Made by a program: the position numbers and the translations under genes. A stretch of 62,706 bases of DNA, counting the filler, from Globobulimina sp. (Eukaryota), in assembly GCA_003354225.1 (NCBI GenBank). It is 46 parts of 46 records of this genome, joined end to end, with 100 filler letters (N's around TTAATTAATTAA, not from the genome) between each part and the next. Parts side by side here need not be neighbours in the genome. Positions count along the whole stretch, not along the records: positions 12,297 to 13,562 come from PIVH01019806.1; positions 13,663 to 14,928 come from PIVH01019807.1; positions 15,029 to 16,294 come from PIVH01019808.1; positions 16,395 to 17,660 come from PIVH01019809.1; positions 17,761 to 19,026 come from PIVH01019810.1; positions 19,127 to 20,392 come from PIVH01019811.1; positions 20,493 to 21,758 come from PIVH01019812.1; positions 21,859 to 23,124 come from PIVH01019813.1; 38 more parts are not named here. The stretch is one strand, 5' to 3'. The notes under the pieces were generated by a model that saw nothing but the letters and a program-made list of their open reading frames with translations, was not told the DNA's origin and made no database searches. Position 1 is the first letter of the stretch, and every line of letters starts with the position of its first letter. Below are positions 12,297-24,590 of this stretch, in pieces.

Positions 12297-13054
12297 AACA
12301 TTCCCAATTTAATGTGTTTATTAAACACATTATTTAAATCGTCACTAAGTGCGCCAGAATCAATTGTTTTGGTTTTGGTTTTGGTTTTGGAGGCTTTTGA
12401 TGAGTTTTTATCATAAAATAAAAGGGTTTTGACAGAGGCAGCTTTGATCCAAAATATTAATAAAGCGACAAATGAAGAAATTGCATCATTGATATTAAAG
12501 CCAACAATTCCAAGCGTACCAATCGGACCAAGTGTTCTGAAACAGAGGGAATTGATTGGCATAAATGGAGAGAATGCATAAAAATCGCATAACATGAGAG
12601 CCATCCATGTCAACTGAGATATGCATGAAATTAATGTAATTGATATCGATATTTCTATGGATAACTCGAAAAAACTATTTTTGAATGATAGGGTTGAACG
12701 GAGCATTAAAAATGAATAAATAAATACTTTTGTCATTGTTATCGATATCATAATTAATATGTACCATAATGAACAATTAAGTACATTGTAAGTGCTGAAT
12801 ATATGCACATAATTCCAAACATATAAAAACATATAAAAACAACTAAAAAACATTGCCAATAAATGACATGCTTGTAACAGTTTCTCTGGAAATGCTACCA
12901 ATTCTGCACTTGTATTTTGTTTATAAACTTGAAATGTACGAATTACAAATAAAATAAATGATATACTGAAGCAAATTGATACAATGCAAATCGTTGAAAG
13001 GACTAAAAAATCACCATTTGTATCTTTATCTAATGCTATACCACTTATTGTCAT
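12297..13054 (-). CDS. 7TM/GPCR-like protein, 3' partial
   Basis: Five or more hydrophobic helices; Cys at start of TM3; FLMLR. Confidence 0.6.
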
Positions 13055-15028
13055 ATTATCTGAAAGTTGGTTCTCGCGGTAAAAGTTTTTGAAAATTCAA
13101 TTAATTTAGATAATGCTGCAAATTTCTAAAAACTTTTCGAACTAACTTCTTTTTTGCATTCAGTTTGAAAAGTCACATCTTGTGACAAATGGATTATAAA
13201 TGGATGGGAATGGTTTTATTGAAGATTGAAAATGAAAAAAGAAATATATTAACAATACTGATATTAATATTGACATTTGCCATAGCTTGGACCACAACAA
13301 TTCTTTCGCAACAAGCTGGACATCATGCAGATTTTTCCTGCGGCACTCCATTAAAAGATTGTGATTGGAAAAGAGATACAGTATTTGTGACAATGACATA
13401 ATGACATTTGTGTCACCATTTCGCTTCGATGTTTCCGTATTTTTTGCAAATATTGCATAAATATTCATTTTTTAGCACTTTGCATATGGATTTTTCGCTC
13501 TACAAAGCTAGCTAGAGTTTTTTTCTTAAAGGAATTTACTTAAAAATTTGTATAGGAATTAANNNNNNNNNNNNNNNNNNNNNNNNNNNNNNNNNNNNNN
13601 NNNNNNTTAATTAATTAANNNNNNNNNNNNNNNNNNNNNNNNNNNNNNNNNNNNNNNNNNNNTTGTACAGCATCCCATGCCAGATTATCTCTACCCATAC
13701 AACTGAAAGTTTTGTATGGGCTTTTTGAAAGTTTTGTAAATTATTTATGTTTTTAATTAAACTTTGTGACACATTCGTGTTCTTAGTGTTCTCAATGTCC
13801 ACACGTTAATATGTCCGCTACTAAGTCAACAAGTCGTCAACTCTTTGAACGTACGAAATCAAGAAACCTTACGGCAGTTAGTTCCTTATGAAGAACATAT
13901 TTCCGAAAAAGATAGATAAAATGTGAAAAATTAGTTGAAAATAAAAATAATGTTATCAGATATTTGGATATTTTGATGGTGGGATTCTAATATTTTGATG
14001 CCTTTTTAAATCCGCTGTCAATTTTCTAAGAGATGGTAAATGTTTTTTTAATAAATCCCTATAATCTTTTTGCAGATTCGCGTCGTCCGGTATTTTCATA
14101 TCGTCCATCAAATTTAAACCTCTTTTCAGTTTTTGAAGCAACGATGATTGCAATGACAACAACTTTTCTTCTGTGTGCCATTATTATCGCGATTAGGCGC
14201 AGACTGTATATCCTGATCGATCATCATCGTCGAATTTGTTTCCATATTGTTCCCTTTGTTTCCATATCGATCCATTTCTTCATCGCACACCATTTCTTCT
14301 CGATTCATGTGTTTACGAGATCTGTTTTATTGTCGCATTATTGTCGCATTTATGTGTTTACATATGATTGACATTTATCGGATTATTGTTTTTTGTACAC
14401 TGTTTCGACGACTCCTTCTTTCTTATTTCAACTTTCTTATTTCGGCCATGGGTTGTTTTATCTATTTATATAATTTATAGGCGATAATGTGTAAAAATTC
14501 CTACAAAAAAAAAATCCCGTTTGAAACTCAGCAAAATATATTTTAAACAAACCCATCCGTCTTTGTTTTTAATATCCTCTTTTTTGATCGATTTTTCTTT
14601 TTTTCGTTGCTTTCTGCATCGTTCTCGCTTTTTTAAAATGTAAAGGGACGATAGGATCAATAAAATAATCAGATTCGCTTTCATCTTCTTGTTTTTCCTG
14701 TTCTTCATCAATTTAATATGAATCTTCTTCGTGCAACATTTCATCTTTTTGGTGTCGAACACATGCGGCTGCCTCGCGAATTTCTTCTAAATTCATGTCA
14801 TCCGCTCCATGTTCTGCACATTTAAATATATTGCACGATGGCTCTTTTAATAAATTCATTTCTACTTCATCCAAATAATATTGACGCCGTACACAATCCT
14901 CTGCATGCCATGTATTGCATAGACCTATNNNNNNNNNNNNNNNNNNNNNNNNNNNNNNNNNNNNNNNNNNNNTTAATTAATTAANNNNNNNNNNNNNNNN
15001 NNNNNNNNNNNNNNNNNNNNNNNNNNNN

Positions 15029-16170
15029 TCCAAGCGACTATTTTCTCTCTGTAATAACTTTACTTTTTCCATCAACATCGCGGTGGTCGATCTTTATGCA
15101 ATTTATATATATTTGTGTTGTACATAATATTCAAAAACAAAAACACAAAATCACGCAGATAAGATTATAAAAACAGATCCGAATACGCTATAAATTGCGT
15201 ACGTTATTTAATTCGGGAACTACCTCAAAGTTTTGATTTGAAAGTCTTTCTCATCCATTCTGGCGGACATATCATTTTGCCGTGAAACAATATTTCTTAA
15301 TCTCTGCACTTCTTTCAATAACAAGTTATTATTAGTTTGCAAATTAAGCTGTTGTAGAATTTGCTGCGTCGGCTTCACCACACTCCATTCCGTGTACGTA
15401 TCGTCCATATCGCCCTCAGTATAATTGCTGTCATCGTTCATTAAGACAGACGCCGATGGGCCCAATGTCGACATTGAATTAATATCATTTAATGCCGGTT
15501 TGGTGTCTGATTGCTTTCGTGCATAATTATTATGTACATAAATACCATTCACTTCATCTAAAAACATCTCAAATGGATGTCTCTGCGATTGCGGTTTATT
15601 CGCTTTCCCTCTTTGTTTCCTTTTCACTTTCTCCATTACCATATTTTGCGAATATTTCATATTATCCAATATGTCTTTATGTGCCGCGTAATATTTATTG
15701 GTGGAAAGCTGTTCATATTCTAACAATTCATCTTTTTTGGCCCATTTTGGCTGAAATAACAGTTTTTTCATATCATTGGAAACGTCCTCTGTCTCTAATA
15801 TTTCATCTTCGTCATAATAGGGAATCTGATCTGAATTGGAATTGGAATTCATACTTAAACTGTACACGTATGGCGACAATGAAATGGGTGTTAATCGGCT
15901 TGAATTGGCACTGCGTTGTTTAGTGTTTTTGGATGAATATGGACTTAATCGCTTGTTAAAAGAGGAATGGTTGGAGTTGTATGAATATTCGTTATTTGTA
16001 CGAATACTTTTGGTCGTGTCTGAAAACGATACATGTGGCTGTTTGATTGCGTCTGTTTCAATTTCTACCGCAACCCCGTCGTCTGTTTGTTTTGTCATTG
16101 ATTGAAGAAATGGCATCGGACTGACTGGGGTCATTGGACTCTTTGTAGATGGATTCATGGATAAAGTCAA
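15029..16170 (-). CDS. Hypothetical Ser-rich/coiled-coil protein with an intron near 15093-15223
   Basis: 316-aa ORF ending at a GTAGTT donor. Confidence 0.45.
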
Positions 16171-16397
16171 CGGTTTAAAATACTATGAAGAATAAACTGA
16201 ATTAATGTTTTTTGTGAAGAAATATCACTTCAAGAAAATCTTTTCAATCAACTTAGAATCACTTCAATTATATATTTGATTATAATACATGAGANNNNNN
16301 NNNNNNNNNNNNNNNNNNNNNNNNNNNNNNNNNNNNNNTTAATTAATTAANNNNNNNNNNNNNNNNNNNNNNNNNNNNNNNNNNNNNNNNNNNNCAG

Positions 16398-17102
16398 TTA
16401 TTTTAAAGAAGCAGCATCAGCATTTCGTACCATACGAATAATAGTTGAATGATTAGATGCAAAAACAATGCCATATCCTTTGTAATTATAATGAAATTCA
16501 GTATAAAATGATTGTCCAGTTTGAGCAAATGATTTTGTTTCTTTTGCTGCTTTTCCCATTGTTTTAATTGATAAATAATCCAAACTAATCTCTTTTGCAC
16601 ATGTAACTGTAATTGTTTCTTCTTGTTTTGCATTATTTACAGTTACATCGTAGATGCATAATAATTCCGCGTCGATTGTTATTGTATATTTAAACCAGTC
16701 CACATTCATCAATGTCGATGATATCTGTTCATAATGTCCTTGTTTTAATGCATTATAAACAGTGTACATAAATGTCTTCTCATTCATATTTGTTTTAGAT
16801 ACACGACTAATTATTTCACTCACTCCCCGAACATTAATACCGTTAATATTCCTTTTTATGTTTCGTTCATAATAATTAGTTCCCATTTTTTCTTCATATT
16901 CTAATCCTAAATCATCTTTTACAGATTTAAAAAATTGATTGGCTTTATTCATTTTTTTGATTTGCTTTGTATCGTCATCTCTATTGGTTTGGTTTGGGTT
17001 TGTATGTGCATTTGGACACATAATAACTTTATCCGCGAATATATATATTTGTTGTGTAAAATCTAAATTCACAATTATCACAAAAAAGGTTTGAGGTTGC
17101 AT
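16398..17102 (-). CDS. Hypothetical protein
   Basis: 234-aa ORF with no motif recognised. Confidence 0.4.
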   Translation of the reverse strand: MQPQTFFVIIVNLDFTQQIYIFADKVIMCPNAHTNPNQTNRDDDTKQIKKMNKANQFFKSVKDDLGLEYEEKMGTNYYERNIKRNINGINVRGVSEIISRVSKTNMNEKTFMYTVYNALKQGHYEQISSTLMNVDWFKYTITIDAELLCIYDVTVNNAKQEETITVTCAKEISLDYLSIKTMGKAAKETKSFAQTGQSFYTEFHYNYKGYGIVFASNHSTIIRMVRNADAASLK

Positions 17103-18012
17103 GGTATTGGAACGGAGGTGAGTTCTGTGACTAGTGTTTTTTCAGATGATACCACTGAAGAAAGGCCAGTAAAAAGTGTATCGGTTTCAAAGGGAAAATA
17201 ATTAATTTGGTTCATATTTGGTATACACATGCAAACTTACACGGTGTGGTGCTGGCACTCAAGCAAGGCGATTAATATTGTTCTGTTTCAGATAAGCTAG
17301 AGAAACAAATGAAAAACATATACAGTAACAGTCAATCAAATGTCATATGATTGAAAACCGTTGAAATTGATTGATTTATATCTGGTTCATATGGTGTAAG
17401 TTCCCGATGCAATTTTATTTTTTTATGTGATGCTGTAGTATCATTCAAATGTATTTTATATTTGGTAGATTTGCCATATTCTTTTCCACTTCAGATAAAA
17501 ATACAAGCCTTGTCATTGTTGTATATCATTTTTCACATTAATTGCAATCATTGATTTTAATGAACTGATTTGAAGCATATTATTGTTTCATTGCATATAA
17601 TGTCATATAAACATTGACAGTTTGACATTCAATGATTTGGAGAACTGTTTATGTTGAATANNNNNNNNNNNNNNNNNNNNNNNNNNNNNNNNNNNNNNNN
17701 NNNNTTAATTAATTAANNNNNNNNNNNNNNNNNNNNNNNNNNNNNNNNNNNNNNNNNNNNTTTTACTATAATTGGGGTATCTATCCCCACCAACTTTATT
17801 CTCTCGCCGGGATGTTTAAGCAATCGGTGAGTATGGAGCCAGATTTAGACCCTGGCTGAATGTTGCTTCACTACTACTATTGCCAAACCAAGATTCACAG
17901 TGATAAAGTGCAATTATACACAGATTTATACAAAAAGATCGTGCATAAAAATACAAGTAACTTATCATATTGTTTCGAAAGAGAGTAAAAAACAAAAAGT
18001 AAAAACACAGAT

Positions 18013-19026
18013 TCATTTAGCCATAACATTGCAATATATTTTATATTGTTTTGTTTGAGCAAATCTATAAAATGAGCTGCGTAACAAAGCAAGTATTTCA
18101 TGGATAGCTTTATCAAATATATGAATATCCACAATAATCCCCGATAACTGCGATGGAAGAATAGCTATATCGCCACGGCCACGGTCCACATTAAGTGCTC
18201 TTAGTTTCTCTCTTTGAGCTTCCACAGATAATCTGTGTTGAATCACAATTCTCATAATATATATTCGCGAAGCCGCAGATATATTAATTTGATATTTGGC
18301 GTTTTTGTCAATAAAATTATCATAAATCATATCAACTGAATCAAACAAATTGTTTTGTTTCATACTCTCAGCCATAGTCACAGTGTGCGGCAATTTGGGT
18401 AAAATCAACTTATTTCTTTGATCATTAATTATAAGCGTTGCAGTTGCCGTTGCTTTGAACATCTCAGTTGAGACTGTTAATGGTTTGCCATTAATCACTC
18501 CCATCTCCATATTATTACTTTTATTTTCTTCAACTATTTCATCTGCGGACTTATTCATAATATTATCCACTTCGGATTGCGTTGAAACAATTGCATCATT
18601 ACTCGGTATATCACGCAACTTTTTTAACCGATTGGTGGTCGATACATTTCTTACTGTTGATGTTGATGCCGACGGCACATTGACATGCTTTGTATTTGCG
18701 TTCTTTTCATTGGATATCGACGGCTCAGCGGACCGTTTACGTTCAGATAAGGCATAAAATGCGTTTTTTAAGGAAGATGCCACAGAGTTTGAACTAGATT
18801 TTGATTTACGTCGAACGCGTGGCACAAGCACTGTGCTCTGAAATTTTTCTTTCATATAAGCAGCCTCGGTGATAAATAACAGATTTTCGACACTAAATTC
18901 CTTCATTAAATATTCCAAAAAAAGATAATAACCGTCCGACTGTGTAATGCATTCAAATAAGGATATTTCTAGTCGTTTTCTTGCATATTTTGATTTCTTT
19001 AATACGTTCCTATTGGATAAGGTTTC
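18013..19026 (-). CDS. RGS-domain protein with a large insertion, 5' partial
   Basis: YLMKEFSVENLLFITE...IYDNFI...YQINIS...IFDKAIHEILALLRSSFYRF. Confidence 0.8.
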   Translation of the reverse strand, partial: ETLSNRNVLKKSKYARKRLEISLFECITQSDGYYLFLEYLMKEFSVENLLFITEAAYMKEKFQSTVLVPRVRRKSKSSSNSVASSLKNAFYALSERKRSAEPSISNEKNANTKHVNVPSASTSTVRNVSTTNRLKKLRDIPSNDAIVSTQSEVDNIMNKSADEIVEENKSNNMEMGVINGKPLTVSTEMFKATATATLIINDQRNKLILPKLPHTVTMAESMKQNNLFDSVDMIYDNFIDKNAKYQINISAASRIYIMRIVIQHRLSVEAQREKLRALNVDRGRGDIAILPSQLSGIIVDIHIFDKAIHEILALLRSSFYRFAQTKQYKIYCNVMAK

Positions 19027-19184
19027 NNNNNNNNNNNNNNNNNNNNNNNNNNNNNNNNNNNNNNNNNNNNTTAATTAATTAANNNNNNNNNNNNNNNNNN
19101 NNNNNNNNNNNNNNNNNNNNNNNNNNACTACCACTGTGGAGAAAATGAATTAAATTAAAAAAATAAATATCCTCAAGACAAAAA

Positions 19185-19811
19185 TTAATTATTATTTGTA
19201 TTTGACCCGTGTTTTTCCGATATATGGTTCAGTATTGATTTTTTGTTTGATTTTATTAGATCACATTGCATGCATTTATACCACCCACTTATTTTTTTCT
19301 TAACCTTCACTTTGCTGCATTTGTGTTTTGTTATCAAACTCCTTTTTCCTTTCAAATGACAATGACCGCATTTATAAAATAAGGTAAACTTTGTTAATTC
19401 TGTGGTGTCTATAACATGTTTCATGCATTTATAAAAAGAGTCAAATAACTCTGTATTGCCATCATCAAAAGTATCTAACTCTAGTCTTTCATTTTTAATT
19501 TTTGGCGGAAACGGAATAACGAGTTCCGAGTCTGAATCATTACTTGTATCGGAAAAATAAATTGGTGGCATGTAAACTTTCAAATGATAATCATAATCGA
19601 TACCCGATTCATTTTGTGGCGCAGCTCTGCGTTTGATGTCATTATTTATGGCATCGGTGTCATTATCAGCGGTAATTTGTGAGGTTAACGAAGCAAATTG
19701 TTGCTCAATGCCATGCATATTTGCATCGGAGGTGGATTGCAATGCGCTCATTTGTGCAAATTTCTGTTCTTTCCCGAGCCATTTGGCAAGAAAATTTGCT
19801 GATTTATTCAT
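19185..19811 (-). CDS. Protein with C-terminal C2H2-type zinc fingers
   Basis: YKCGHC...KHKC and YKCMQC...LNHISEKH. Confidence 0.55.
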   Translation of the reverse strand: MNKSANFLAKWLGKEQKFAQMSALQSTSDANMHGIEQQFASLTSQITADNDTDAINNDIKRRAAPQNESGIDYDYHLKVYMPPIYFSDTSNDSDSELVIPFPPKIKNERLELDTFDDGNTELFDSFYKCMKHVIDTTELTKFTLFYKCGHCHLKGKRSLITKHKCSKVKVKKKISGWYKCMQCDLIKSNKKSILNHISEKHGSNTNNN

Positions 19812-21023
19812 TGTAATTCAACTGTAACTAGGTTTTTTTTCTAAAAATAATGCTGATGTAGCCTGATGTTTTTTTTCTACTGTAATGCTGACCCTTCCTG
19901 TACAATATCCAATGGATATAATGGTACGCTGTTTGTCGAAAGGGATTTACAAATAGTAGCATCATTTTCTTTTGAGTCTGTGCAAGGATCGAAATGAAAA
20001 CACTTTTGCTGAAACGTTAATTATCTACTAATACTCAGATAAATTATTGTTAATATATAGTCAGATCATACAAAGTCAGATATACAAATTAATATAATAT
20101 ACAAATTAAACAAAATGATAATTAATAATTTGTAGCAACAACCTCATTTTTCCACGATAACAACTCATTACATACACCCTCAGCGACATTAAATGCAGCT
20201 CTATGGTCCGCTAACTGACTCTCCATATCTTCCAATCTCAAATCCATCTCAGTCCTTTTCTCCATCAATTTGTCAAATCTCTCCTCGCCGTCCCACTCCA
20301 TCACTTTCTGTCGTTGTTCTAAATCATTAAAACCGGTCTCAGCCACAACCAATGCATCATAATGTTGCGAAATGCTCTTATTTATATTATAANNNNNNNN
20401 NNNNNNNNNNNNNNNNNNNNNNNNNNNNNNNNNNNNTTAATTAATTAANNNNNNNNNNNNNNNNNNNNNNNNNNNNNNNNNNNNNNNNNNNNACATAGTT
20501 GGAGCAATGTGAGGGAATGTTATATTGACCAAACTTCGTTATTATCTTTTTTTAAAACTATGCATATTAAAGATTTAAATGATGATAATGGATTTGTTAA
20601 AATATTTGATTTTGGGTTATATTTTCAAAGAAATTATGATAATTTTACACAAATCACAGACAACGATTTCTTTAAAAAAATATATTTTGATATTGATCGG
20701 TGTCATGATGGATGAATATGCAATGAACGATATAATCGATGGGTGCTGAAATTGAATCAAACGCATTTGGATCAAGTGTTATGTATGAAATGGCCACAAA
20801 ATCAAAATAACAAAAGCTTGCATCGTAAATTTTTATCAGTGTGATTGTGATATTATGTTTGTACATTTTGTAAAGTGTTTCTAAGAATACAATTAATATT
20901 ATTAAAAAAAACGTAACAAAAACTGCAGCTGGAACTAAAATTTGAAACCACAGTTGCCTGTTTCTCATAGCTTACTTTTTTCTGTTTTCGAAGTCGTTTC
21001 GATAAATACCAATAAAAATAAAT

Positions 21024-21448
21024 ATGTCTGTGCGCCCAACCTGTGCCGGAGGATGCGGATTTTATGGAAGAAAAGATACAAACAATTACTGTTCGTTATG
21101 TTTCAAAAAAAAAGCATTTGCCCCAAACACTACAATTGCAATTGTATCTGAACCAAAAAGAAAAACACAAAAAAAGAAACATAGATGTTGGAACTGCCGA
21201 AAAAAGCTGTCTCTCGCTGCACAATTTAAATGCAAATGCGGTACGTACAATTATATTAATATAATATTATTAATAATTAACTGTACTAATATTTAATATG
21301 TACTGTATATGTAGGATACGTATTTTGTTCGCTCCATCGATATCATGATGCTCATAAATGTTGCTATGACTGGAAAACGCAACATACAAAAAATCTGGAA
21401 AGTAACAATCCACAGATAACTGCATCCAAAGTACCGCCAATGAGCTGA
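21024..21448 (+). CDS. A20/AN1 zinc-finger protein (stress-associated protein/ZFAND5-like); intron 21241-21314
   Basis: CAGGCGFYG...YCSLC (A20); spliced CWNC...[26 protein letters not shown] (AN1). Confidence 0.9.
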
Positions 21449-21883
21449 CATTTATTGAATAAAATTTGAATTTATCAATGTAATATTAATTGTGTTTGTT
21501 TGTGTGTGCTCAACCAACACTTTTATTTTTGATTTTATGCGTTGAAATTGATTAATTTGTTTTTTGTTTTTTGATGTGATTAAATTTATATTTTTTACTG
21601 CGTACACAAATTAATTGCATATCTATTAACAGCTAGTTTTATAAGCATTCTCGCAATGTAATCAGCAAAAACAAAAACATTAATCAAAAAAATCAGTATT
21701 TCTGTAAAAAACAAAAGCTGATTTTACCATCTTTAAGGAAAAAATGAACCATGCTGTCNNNNNNNNNNNNNNNNNNNNNNNNNNNNNNNNNNNNNNNNNN
21801 NNTTAATTAATTAANNNNNNNNNNNNNNNNNNNNNNNNNNNNNNNNNNNNNNNNNNNNTATACAAAAAACAAAAACAATCAAC

Positions 21884-23124
21884 TTATTGCATAGTATCGA
21901 TGCCAGCAAGTATTTCATCGTCGCTATCAGTATCATGCCCATTCACATTTGCTTTAATCATATCAAAAATGCCAGCACCCATTTCATCATCGCTATCAAC
22001 TTGAAATAAAACATTATTCCCATATTTCCCGCCATCAATAAGCTTTGCAAAATCGTCATTCATCGGTAACTCATTAATTTCAAATTTATTTTCTATCTCA
22101 TTGACATCCAATCGGCCACGCACAACATCCATATTCATAGCCGGCCCACCCGCACTTATATGCACCTTACCCGTACCACCAGTGGTCGCGTCATAATCAT
22201 TTAATAAAACATCATCGTCCGAATTCCCACTACTTTCCTCCACCTGGAACCTCTCAGTTTGAGTTGCTGTCTGATGTTGGTTTCTCTGTTGATAATTATT
22301 GGTGATATGTCCATCATCATCGCCAACAATCTCAAAATCCTCATTCAACATCTCAGAAACGCGAATATTCTGTGCATGTCCCCTGTTTTTGTCCTCCTCA
22401 ATGGACACACTTCGCGGCGTGATCACCGCGTCAAGCCCAGCTCCAATATCACGCTCAATATTGTCATCATCGCCTTCCAATGTAATTTTCGGCCCTTCCA
22501 TGGCTTCCATAGACCCCGCTCTCTTATCATGCCCATTGATATTGAATGGGACCACATTTAATAAATTATCCAAAGAATTCAAAGTTGCCAACTCGATGCA
22601 ATATCTCTCATCGGCGTCTATATCCGGCACCTCTTCCGGCCCCGAACTGGCCGACATCACTCTAATATTTACAACCGGCGGATCGCTCGCTTTCTTACTG
22701 CGATTTCTGCGTTTTTTGTGTTTTTTCGATAACCGAAACAATAATATAGTCGCAACTGCGCATAATAATAAAATAATTAACAATGCAACCACTACAATAC
22801 CTAAACTCATTGAGGGTGCTGTATACATTTTCTTTTGCTCGTTTTCATTTTCTTCACCTTCAGCGCTGGTACTGGTAAACTGTGTACTTTCATTTTCTGC
22901 CATTGTGGGCGTGTTGGTTGGCTCGATGTTTACGAATAATATGGGTGAAGGAGTGGGATATTCTGTAGGATTCAATGTGGGATTAGGCGTTGGTTGCGTT
23001 GGCCCAGTGGTTGGATTCAACGTAGGGTCAGTTGTTGGGTCGAACGTGGGATCAAAGGTGGGGTCAAACGTGGGGTCAAAGGTCGGATCCGATGTTGGAT
23101 CGTAGGTTGGATCGAAGGTGGGGT
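21884..23124 (-). CDS. Single-pass membrane protein with Pro/Thr (PTxD/N) stalk and acidic tail, 5' partial
   Basis: 12-nt codon repeats at about 22960-23124; TM helix followed by basic KKHKKRR. Confidence 0.7.
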
Positions 23125-23225
23125 NNNNNNNNNNNNNNNNNNNNNNNNNNNNNNNNNNNNNNNNNNNNTTAATTAATTAANNNNNNNNNNNNNNNNNNNN
23201 NNNNNNNNNNNNNNNNNNNNNNNNT

Positions 23226-23363
23226 TTACGTTATTCTTTGAGTTATCGAGATATTGAAGAACTGGTGAGTGAACGAGGTGTTGATGTTGATCATTCAACG
23301 GTTCAACGCTGGGTTGTCAAATATACTGTAATGATAGAATGTGCATTTCGTAAAAAGAAATAA
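23226..23363 (+). mobile_element. IS6-family transposase remnant (bacterial type)
   Basis: Manual translation LRYSLSYRDIEELVSERGVDVDHSTVQRWVVKY...FRKKK*. Confidence 0.8.
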
Positions 23364-23381
23364 CTGTATTGGTGTGGATAG

Positions 23382-24185
23382 ATGATATCATATTATGATA
23401 TTGACGGCCGTATGGGCTTGAAGAAACTGTGGGATCTCATCGATTGGGGCAAACAGGAGCAGATAGTATCTCGTATACAAACGCGTATCGTGAAGGCAGT
23501 TAAAATTGGTTTAAAAGAAAAGGTACGTGGTCTTCAAATACTATTAGCCAATTCTCTCGCATCAAAACTTTTAGCTTTAAGGCAAGTTATAACCAATCGT
23601 TGGAAACGAACTCCGGGGGTTGATAATGTATTACTTGATACCCCTGAAAAGAGATGGAAAACTCTCTCGAAAATAAATCTTTATGATTATAAGGCCGCGC
23701 CTGCACAGAATTATGGTGGCGGTGTTTCTGTGGCAGCACCGGTGTTGTCACCAAGCAAAGAAGTGGATGTCGATGGCGTAGAGACCATATATCCAAGTTA
23801 TATGACAAATTTTTGCGTGAAATGTAGAACGCATCACAAATTAAAAAATTATAAGACGATCAATTATTCATCGAAACAATATCAAGTGGATGATGCCCAT
23901 ATTCAAAGCAGATTGGATGAATTGGCCAAGAATATGATAGCAGAGCGGGGGCATTTTATTGTTGATGGTGATAAACGGTTTGTGTATGCATTGGTGAGTA
24001 AACCGCATGAATGGCGAGCCGCAGTGCGTGTGAATACCGATGATATAGCTCAAGCCAAACAAGTGTTGGATTATATTCAGCAGAATACGCAAACAGCGGT
24101 TGCTGGGATAGCAAGGATACAGAAGTTTAATTGGGATAAACATTTTCAAGGTCTTGTTAGTGCGTTAAGAAAAGCAAATTCATAA
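23382..24185 (+). CDS. Composite ORF: RVT_N joined to an unrelated C-terminal half
   Basis: Continuous 267-aa frame; similarity to RT ends at about 23700. Confidence 0.5.
   Translation: MISYYDIDGRMGLKKLWDLIDWGKQEQIVSRIQTRIVKAVKIGLKEKVRGLQILLANSLASKLLALRQVITNRWKRTPGVDNVLLDTPEKRWKTLSKINLYDYKAAPAQNYGGGVSVAAPVLSPSKEVDVDGVETIYPSYMTNFCVKCRTHHKLKNYKTINYSSKQYQVDDAHIQSRLDELAKNMIAERGHFIVDGDKRFVYALVSKPHEWRAAVRVNTDDIAQAKQVLDYIQQNTQTAVAGIARIQKFNWDKHFQGLVSALRKANS
23430..23702 (+). mobile_element. Group II intron reverse transcriptase N-terminal (RVT_N) fragment
   Basis: WDLIDW...VSRIQTRIVKA...KVRGLQILL...KLLALRQV..N.WKRTPGVD...YKAAP; stops before the RT core. Confidence 0.8.
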
Positions 24186-24590
24186 TTAATTAAATATTGT
24201 ATATAAATTGATAATGAGTCCATAGCTTTTATGATGAATGTGTTGTTTGTATTAAATTTCATTTTGTATTCTATATTTTAGTTCCCTTTGTACAGCAGAA
24301 CAGAATACATTGAGTTTCATAATTAATAAAACTAAACACGTAATATTTGAATCTGCCTTTTGGAAACACCGCGTTTTAAAAAATAGAAACCTATGGAGAC
24401 GGATTTGTGGAATTTAAAAACAATGTTTTCGAACAGGTTTTTTTGCCATTATCAAGTGGTACTAGCCTGATACTTCTTGTTTTTCATTCTNNNNNNNNNN
24501 NNNNNNNNNNNNNNNNNNNNNNNNNNNNNNNNNNTTAATTAATTAANNNNNNNNNNNNNNNNNNNNNNNNNNNNNNNNNNNNNNNNNNNN

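Noticed and set aside
17761..17900. tRNA/SINE-like or ncRNA (GCCAG...CTGGC and GGGG...CCCC hairpins)
   Set aside because: No cloverleaf and no intact TTCGA or box A motif; support too weak
22299..23105. 268-aa plus-strand ORF
   Set aside because: Antisense shadow of the PT-repeat membrane protein
23382..24185. Functional retron, DGR or intact group II intron
   Set aside because: No RT core (no YADD), no recognisable intron domain V and no template/variable repeat pair
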